From assembly GCA_043814765.1 (NCBI GenBank), contig JBDRJQ010000028.1:1-64000 (forward strand): 64,000 bases of DNA, written 5' to 3'. The stretch comes from Nanobdellota archaeon (lineage in GTDB: Archaea > Aenigmatarchaeota > Aenigmatarchaeia > QMZP01). Under the pieces are notes generated by a model, which saw nothing but the letters and a program-made list of their open reading frames with translations, did not search any database and was not told where the DNA came from. This document shows, one piece after another, positions 58,618 through 64,000 of this stretch; the stretch's first letter is position 1; each line of letters starts with the position of its first letter. The position numbers and the translations under genes were made by a program.

Positions 58618-59421
58618 ATGAAAACAGATCACGGCAAGTTACTAAAGGATTCATTAAAATTTGCAGTAAAACCAGAGAGATGGCTACCTTTTTTTATAAC
58701 AGATTTCTTGGCTTGCACAGTAGCTCTATTTTACATCCTGTTCAATGCTCCTGCAATCGTAAGCTTGATGAATTCAACAAATGGAATGGCAGTGCTTGGA
58801 GGACTAGTGCAGTCTGGTTTGGTTTTATTCACGGTTTTCATTGTATGGATTTTAATAAGATTATGGTTGCAAACATCAGTAGTTCATCAAAGCTACAAAG
58901 AAAAACAATATAATCAAAGCTTCAAAATTGGTTACAAAAAACTGCCTTCTGTGTTGGCAGCAGTAATAATTATAGGGTTTATAGGAACACTGGTCAGCGT
59001 TATACCTTTCTTTGGCGTCATACTGGCTATATTGGTAGGGATAATGTTTTTCTTTGCAATGCAAGCAATTGTTGTTGGAAACTATGGATTTTATGACGCA
59101 ATGATGAAGTCATATAAAATATTCAGAAAGAAGCCGTTTGAAGTTATAGTTGCATGGTTTATAATAAGTCTGGTAAGCTTCTTTATTACAACAGCATTTG
59201 CTATACCAATTTCAACACTTTTCATCAATGTGCTTATTTCAATGGTTTCCCAGTCAGGCTCTATGGTATCCGGTGCTCTATTGTCTTCATATGTAGTTAA
59301 TCTGGTACAGGCGTACCTTCCTGTTGTAATAATAACAGGCATAGTAGCTCTAATAGGTTTTGCCATAGCAAACGTTTTCTCATTAAAAGCCCAAACAGAG
59401 TATTATCTTAAAATGAAATAA
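58618..59421 (+). CDS. Polytopic membrane protein
   Basis: About 6 TM helices. Confidence 0.8.
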   Translation: MKTDHGKLLKDSLKFAVKPERWLPFFITDFLACTVALFYILFNAPAIVSLMNSTNGMAVLGGLVQSGLVLFTVFIVWILIRLWLQTSVVHQSYKEKQYNQSFKIGYKKLPSVLAAVIIIGFIGTLVSVIPFFGVILAILVGIMFFFAMQAIVVGNYGFYDAMMKSYKIFRKKPFEVIVAWFIISLVSFFITTAFAIPISTLFINVLISMVSQSGSMVSGALLSSYVVNLVQAYLPVVIITGIVALIGFAIANVFSLKAQTEYYLKMK

Positions 59422-59478
59422 AATCTCGGCCAGGATGCTGAACATTAATTATATTAACCTGTTTTACAAGTTTTAACC

Positions 59479-60666
59479 ATGTTAATCGGTATAGTCGGTA
59501 AGTCAAACACAGGAAAAACGACTTTCTTTAGCGCTGCTACGCTAGTTGATGCAGAAATAAGCAACAGGATATTCACAACTATAAAGCCAAACAGGGGTGT
59601 TAGCTATGCAAGAATCGATTGCGTGTGCAAGAATTTGGGAGTTACTTGCGATGCAAAAAACTCTAAGTGCATAGATAATGTGCGCTTCATACCAATAAAA
59701 ATGGTTGACATTGCTGGTCTTGTACCAGGTGCTCATGAAGGAAAGGGTCTTGGAAACCAGTTTTTATCTGACATAATGGAAGCAGACGCTTTAATACATG
59801 TTGTAGACATATCAGGCAGCACAGACAAAGAAGGCAATCCAATAGAACCTGGAAGCTTTGATCCTTTGGATGACATTAGATTTTTACCGAAAGAAATATG
59901 TTACTGGATTCTTGGCATACTAAAAAAGAACTGGGACACCATATGCAAAAGAGTCAAGGCAACAAAAGAGAATTTACATGAAGCTATATACAACCAGTTT
60001 TCAGGATTAAAAATTAATCCAGAAGATGTAAAGAATATTGTTAAAAAAACCGGTTTAAGTGCAATATCGTCTGATGAAAAAATAATAGAGTTTATTACTG
60101 AGTTATTAGATAAAAGCAAACCCATAGCGATAGCAGCCAACAAGATAGATATTGAAACGGCTGAAAAAAACATAGAAAGAGCCAAGAGTGAGGGATTTGA
60201 TGTTATTCCATGCTCAGCAGAAACTGAATTAACACTCAGACGAGCAGAAAAAAAAGGGTTAATAAAATACAAACCCGGCGCAAATTATTTTGATATAATT
60301 TCTGATGACATGGATGAAAAACAAAAGGAAGCTTTGGATTTCCTGCGCAACAGAGTTATTAGAAAGTATGGTTCAACTGGCGTGCAGAAAACAATAAACA
60401 AAACAGTTTTTGATGTTCTGAATTACATAGTAGTTTATCCAGTAAGCAATATTAACAGCTTAACTGACAAATCTGGTAATGTTTTGCCTGATGTGCATCT
60501 AGTTCCCAAAGGAACAAAGCTAAAGGATTTTGCTGGCATGATACATACTGACATAAAAGAAAAATTCATAGGCGGATTAAAACATGACGGCGATAAAACG
60601 CCACGCATAGGTGCTGACTATGAACTGCAAAACAATGATATTGTTGAAATTCTAACTGGTAAATAA
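59479..60666 (+). CDS. ychF: YchF/Obg-family GTPase/ATPase with TGS domain
   Basis: GKSNTGKT, FTTIKPN, DIAGLVPGAHEGKGLGNQFL, NKID, IHTD. Confidence 0.95.
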   Translation: MLIGIVGKSNTGKTTFFSAATLVDAEISNRIFTTIKPNRGVSYARIDCVCKNLGVTCDAKNSKCIDNVRFIPIKMVDIAGLVPGAHEGKGLGNQFLSDIMEADALIHVVDISGSTDKEGNPIEPGSFDPLDDIRFLPKEICYWILGILKKNWDTICKRVKATKENLHEAIYNQFSGLKINPEDVKNIVKKTGLSAISSDEKIIEFITELLDKSKPIAIAANKIDIETAEKNIERAKSEGFDVIPCSAETELTLRRAEKKGLIKYKPGANYFDIISDDMDEKQKEALDFLRNRVIRKYGSTGVQKTINKTVFDVLNYIVVYPVSNINSLTDKSGNVLPDVHLVPKGTKLKDFAGMIHTDIKEKFIGGLKHDGDKTPRIGADYELQNNDIVEILTGK

Positions 60667-60698
60667 ATGCTTATAAGTTAGTTCTTCAAAGGTAATGT

Positions 60699-61430
60699 AT
60701 GCTCTACTTAATAGGTATTGGGCTTTGGAACGAGAAAGATATCTCATTGAGGGGTGTTGATGCTTGCAAAAAATGCGAGTATGTTTATGCAGAGCTATAC
60801 ACTGCAAAATGGGGCGGAAACATTGAAATACTAGGGAAGATTGTAGGGAAAAATATCACAATTATTAACAGACGAGATTTGGAAGAAAAATCTAAGGACA
60901 TAATAGAAAAGGCCAGGGAAAGGGATATTGCTGTCCTTATGCCTGGTGATCCGCTTTTTGCAACAACTCATATAAAATTATTACAAGAAGCAAAAGAAAA
61001 AAATATAAAAACGGAAGTTATTCACTCTTCATCAATTTATACTGCTGTAGCAGAATCGGGTTTGAATGTATACAATTTTGGAAAAACGGTTAGCATTCCT
61101 TCTCCTGAAGAAAATTTCCAACCGATTTCTTATTATGAAGAAATTGCTAAAAACAAAGCTGCAGGACTGCACACTCTTATACTTCTTGACATAGAAATGA
61201 CTGTACAAGACGCTATGAAGATTCTTTTTGAGATAGAGGATGAGAAAAAGAAAAAGGTTATCAAAGAAGACAATAAAATAGTTGTTGTTTCGAGACTTGG
61301 TTCAAAAAACAGAATAATAAAATACGATACGGCTAGTGCCATATCAAAAGAGAGCATACCAGCTCCTGCTGCCATAATAATACCAAGCAAATTGCATTTT
61401 ATAGAAGAAGAGTTCCTGGAAAAGCTTTAG
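60699..61430 (+). CDS. dph5: Diphthine synthase
   Basis: LIGIGL..EKDIS, ELYT, GDPLFATTH, YNFGKTVSIP, GLHTLILLD. Confidence 0.95.
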   Translation: MLYLIGIGLWNEKDISLRGVDACKKCEYVYAELYTAKWGGNIEILGKIVGKNITIINRRDLEEKSKDIIEKARERDIAVLMPGDPLFATTHIKLLQEAKEKNIKTEVIHSSSIYTAVAESGLNVYNFGKTVSIPSPEENFQPISYYEEIAKNKAAGLHTLILLDIEMTVQDAMKILFEIEDEKKKKVIKEDNKIVVVSRLGSKNRIIKYDTASAISKESIPAPAAIIIPSKLHFIEEEFLEKL

Positions 61431-61441
61431 CTTTGTTTTAA

Positions 61442-61627
61442 CTATTCTTTGCTTCTTCCGGTTTCCTTTCTGTATGTTTCTGTCCATTTTATGTGTTTGC
61501 CTTGTCTGCCTTTAGTCCAGTTTTTTTCGCATTTTGATCCGCAAAAATAGAAAATCTTGCCATCGTTCTTTACGAACATTTTTCCTTTACCTTCAGGAGT
61601 TTGTTCTCCACAAAAATTACATTTCAT
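61442..61627 (-). CDS. rpl24e: 50S ribosomal protein eL24
   Basis: CNFCG...GKGKMFV..DG....FCGSKC...WT. Confidence 0.96.
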   Translation of the reverse strand: MKCNFCGEQTPEGKGKMFVKNDGKIFYFCGSKCEKNWTKGRQGKHIKWTETYRKETGRSKE

Positions 61628-61636
61628 AAAATACCT

Positions 61637-61837
61637 TTACCTGTTCTGGAATCTGCCCTCAGCATCCATCGTGGTGTCCTTTAACAGCAGTATGTCGCCG
61701 ACTCTTATAGGGCCCATAACATTTCTTGTCACTATCTTGCCTTTATCATAACCGTCAAGAACGCGACACCTAACTCTGCTAACTCCTTTAACACCCATTC
61801 TTCCCATGATTTCTGTGACCTCTGCTGATGTAGTCAT
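61637..61837 (-). CDS. rps28e: 30S ribosomal protein eS28
   Basis: AEV.EIMGR.G...V.C..L.G..KG...[13 protein letters not shown]. Confidence 0.96.
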   Translation of the reverse strand: MTTSAEVTEIMGRMGVKGVSRVRCRVLDGYDKGKIVTRNVMGPIRVGDILLLKDTTMDAEGRFQNR

Positions 61838-61843
61838 ATTATA

Positions 61844-62206
61844 TCACTTCTTCAGTGCCTTTATTTTTGAAGCAATGTCAGCAACGATTTTTTTTGCGTC
61901 ACCTTCTTCAACAACTGCTATTGAAGATGTTGGCACGTCAATACCAGCGGATTTTCCCAGTTCAATTTTTGAAGGCACAAATGCGTATGGAACTTGCTTC
62001 TCTTCACAAAGTACAGGAATGTGCATCAAAACCTCTTCAGGCGTGACATCCTCTGCCATTACAACTAGTTTAGCTGTTCCTCTTTCTATTGCTTTTGTAG
62101 CCTCGTTTACTCCCTTTCTTATTTTGCCGCTAGCCTTTGCTACGCTTATTGCTTCATAAACCTTACTAACAAGGTCCTTTGGCATCTCGAATTTTGCTAT
62201 CGCCAT
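61844..62206 (-). CDS. rpl7ae: 50S ribosomal protein eL8 (L7Ae)
   Basis: KGVNEATKAIERG.AKLV..AEDV.PEE..H.P.LCEEK. Confidence 0.97.
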   Translation of the reverse strand: MAIAKFEMPKDLVSKVYEAISVAKASGKIRKGVNEATKAIERGTAKLVVMAEDVTPEEVLMHIPVLCEEKQVPYAFVPSKIELGKSAGIDVPTSSIAVVEEGDAKKIVADIASKIKALKK

Positions 62207-62225
62207 ATCATCCCTCCGTTAACAT

Positions 62226-62552
62226 TTAGATTGATTTTTTATTTATTGAGTTCTTATTTAAATGCTTGACTAGGTTTTTATAGAAATCTATAGCCTCACT
62301 AAGCATTTTTTCACCCTTTTCAGTAATATGGTATATTTTCTTTCTGCCATATTCTTCTTTTCTAACAAGACCTGATTTCCCTAAAAGATACAAAACTTTA
62401 TAGGCAGTCATAGTACCTGGCTTGAATCCGAATCTTTTTTCTATTTCTTTGCGCAGAGTGTATGCGTGTGACGGTTCATCTTTAAGTATATGCAATATAT
62501 ATATCCACAAACATTCCCTAGTATTCAGTAACTTAAGACGTCTAAGAGGCAT
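62226..62552 (-). CDS. PadR-family transcriptional regulator
   Basis: HAYTLRKEI...AYKVLYLL...GLV...RKKIYHITEKG. Confidence 0.9.
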   Translation of the reverse strand: MPLRRLKLLNTRECLWIYILHILKDEPSHAYTLRKEIEKRFGFKPGTMTAYKVLYLLGKSGLVRKEEYGRKKIYHITEKGEKMLSEAIDFYKNLVKHLNKNSINKKSI

Positions 62553-62592
62553 ATTATCTAATTCCTTGATTATCTTTGTCTATTAGTTCAAA

Positions 62593-62608
62593 GACGACTA
62601 AAGTCGTC
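62593..62608. promoter_or_regulatory. Perfect palindrome GACGACT-AA-AGTCGTC, candidate PadR operator
   Basis: Lies between the minus-strand TTATATA box (62613-62619) and the padR start. Confidence 0.6.
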
Positions 62609-62700
62609 AAACTATATAATATTTTACATTTGTATAATATAACCTTTACAAAACAATGTCTTTCGTAGTGTCTTGCGTTCGGTTTTGAACGCAGAAAAAC

Positions 62701-62740
62701 AAAACCTTTATATATACATTGTTACTAGGTAATAGTAACA
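62701..62740 (+). promoter_or_regulatory. BRE-TATA followed by inverted repeat TGTTACTA-N5-TAGTAACA
   Basis: AAAACCTTTATATA, then a perfect 8-bp inverted repeat at 62720-62740. Confidence 0.6.
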
Positions 62741-62920
62741 TAGCTCTTTTGAACGGTAAAAGGTTCGCTGAGTTATCTTACACACGGAAAAAAAACTAGT
62801 TATTGGGTCTTAATGATCTGATAGCTTTCAACCATAATTGGTACACTGGAACTATTTTTCAGCCTTAGGGCTCAATAATGAACGTGTGAATAAAACAAAA
62901 AAAATAAGGAGAAAACAGAA

Positions 62921-63673
62921 ATGAAGCTGTTAAAAACTACTGCCGTTCTTCTGTCGATTTTCTTTGTTCTCTGCATGGCCACTGTTTGCTATGCTGGCCC
63001 AGAAAACGGCAACGGCGCAGTTGACATTCTGACAAAGTCAGATTTGACTGATCTTCATAACACCATAATTATTGGAATTGTGGTGTTCGCATTAATCATG
63101 GTTGCGGTTATTCTTATTTTAATGTTTAGACCGCGACAAACACTTCCAGCAGTTGTTGAACTGGAACCGGAACCTGATAATCCTGAACCCAGCCCTGATT
63201 GGATGAGGTCCGGAGCAAAAAGAATAGCCAAAGAAGCGGTAGCTGGCATCGAAGAGGATCTCTCGATTGATATTGCCGGTGAATTGACAGATTTGGTAAT
63301 AGGAGCAAGAACTGCTTCTGAAAACGCACGAAGAGAATTCATGCGTGTTTTCCGTCAAAGATTGAACGGTGGCAGCGATATCGATGCTCTTATAGATGAA
63401 GCCATCCGGCTAAGAGTGCGAGAACGGGGAGCTGAGCTTCCTCCGGAAGTTCTGGAACATGCAACAGATCCAACAGTTACTCAGGAAGAAGTGGATGCTC
63501 TTAACGCTGCTGTTAACACTGAAATGGCTCCGGACCCGATTCTGACATTACTTGAGCGATTAGTGGATGGTCAGGCTGCTGCAACAGAAGCTATTCGAAA
63601 TTTGACAGCTGCTGTAACACCTCCCCCTGACGAAACATCGCATGCTCCAGACAGTAGCGGCGATGCAGGTTAA
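62921..63673 (+). CDS. Hypothetical membrane protein (signal peptide, TM, acidic helical region)
   Basis: MKLLKTT...CYA signal peptide, TM IIIGIVVFALIMVAVILIL, PEPDNPEP linker. Confidence 0.75.
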   Translation: MKLLKTTAVLLSIFFVLCMATVCYAGPENGNGAVDILTKSDLTDLHNTIIIGIVVFALIMVAVILILMFRPRQTLPAVVELEPEPDNPEPSPDWMRSGAKRIAKEAVAGIEEDLSIDIAGELTDLVIGARTASENARREFMRVFRQRLNGGSDIDALIDEAIRLRVRERGAELPPEVLEHATDPTVTQEEVDALNAAVNTEMAPDPILTLLERLVDGQAAATEAIRNLTAAVTPPPDETSHAPDSSGDAG

Positions 63674-63694
63674 CCCCCAACTGCCCAATAAACA

Positions 63695-63729
63695 TGGGAG
63701 GAGAGTCTGTTCAATCAGGCCTCCTCCCA
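63695..63729 (+). other. Intergenic stem-loop
   Basis: TGGGAGGAG...CTCCTCCCA with an inner GTCTG/CAGGC stem. Confidence 0.55.
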
Positions 63730-63759
63730 AAAATCTCTGAACATTAAACAAGGAGGATT

Positions 63760-64000
63760 ATGATGAGAATCCTAAACATAATCTCATCTTTTTTTATTGC
63801 TTTCTGGGGACTGGTTAAGGGATTCTTCACCATTCTCCTGAAGTGCATTTGGATAGCAATCAAGTGGTTTTTCATAGCCCTTTGGAAACTGCTTAATTGG
63901 ATCTGGAATAAAATCATTCTTGTCCAGAATTGGTTCAAAAGGACCAAACTTGGACGGGATTTGCGAAGAGGAAAGCGATGGCCGCGCATCACAGTGATGA
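63760..64000 (+). CDS. 3'-partial protein with Trp-rich amphipathic N-terminus
   Basis: SD AGGAGG; MMRILNIISSFFIAFWGLVKG...WKLLNWIWNK; frame open to the window end. Confidence 0.65.
   Translation, partial: MMRILNIISSFFIAFWGLVKGFFTILLKCIWIAIKWFFIALWKLLNWIWNKIILVQNWFKRTKLGRDLRRGKRWPRITVM

Noticed and set aside
1..64000. CRISPR array, rRNA, IS/transposase, genetic-code reassignment
   Set aside because: No spaced repeats or such genes were seen; conserved genes are full length with the standard code and use all three stop codons.

Overview
A 64-kb, AT-rich archaeal chromosome segment. The gene repertoire and style point to a DPANN lineage, probably Aenigmarchaeota-like; this is inference. The core is housekeeping: the split RNA polymerase operon (rpo5, rpo2N, rpo2C, rpo1N, rpo1C), rpo7-spt4, ribosomal proteins uL6, eL32, eS24, eS31, eL8, eS28 and eL24, aIF1A, Dim2, pelota, ABCE1, YchF, Dph5 and Map. 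Purine genes guaB, purA and prs are also present. Accessory content: (i) a complete bacterial RpoD/SigA-type sigma-70 gene under an archaeal TATA promoter, next to a bacterial-style lipoprotein missed by the ORF track; (ii) two tRNAs, each with two BHB introns (tRNA-Lys(UUU) with a 7-nt anticodon micro-exon, and tRNA-Thr(UGU)), whose introns share sequence modules and contain antisense copies of their own exons; (iii) a divergently arranged unknown cluster (MNT-HEPN fusion, TIM-barrel metalloenzyme with a coiled-coil insert, 514-aa helical protein, small 2-TM protein, paralog pair); (iv) a type IV pilus-like set with a VWA adhesin plus large surface proteins; (v) a stand-alone 16-aa Lys-rich micropeptide and Lys-rich tails on RNAP subunits; (vi) apparent pseudo-enzymes. 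No CRISPR array, rRNA, integrase or transposase was seen. All calls come from motif recognition by eye; no searches were run.
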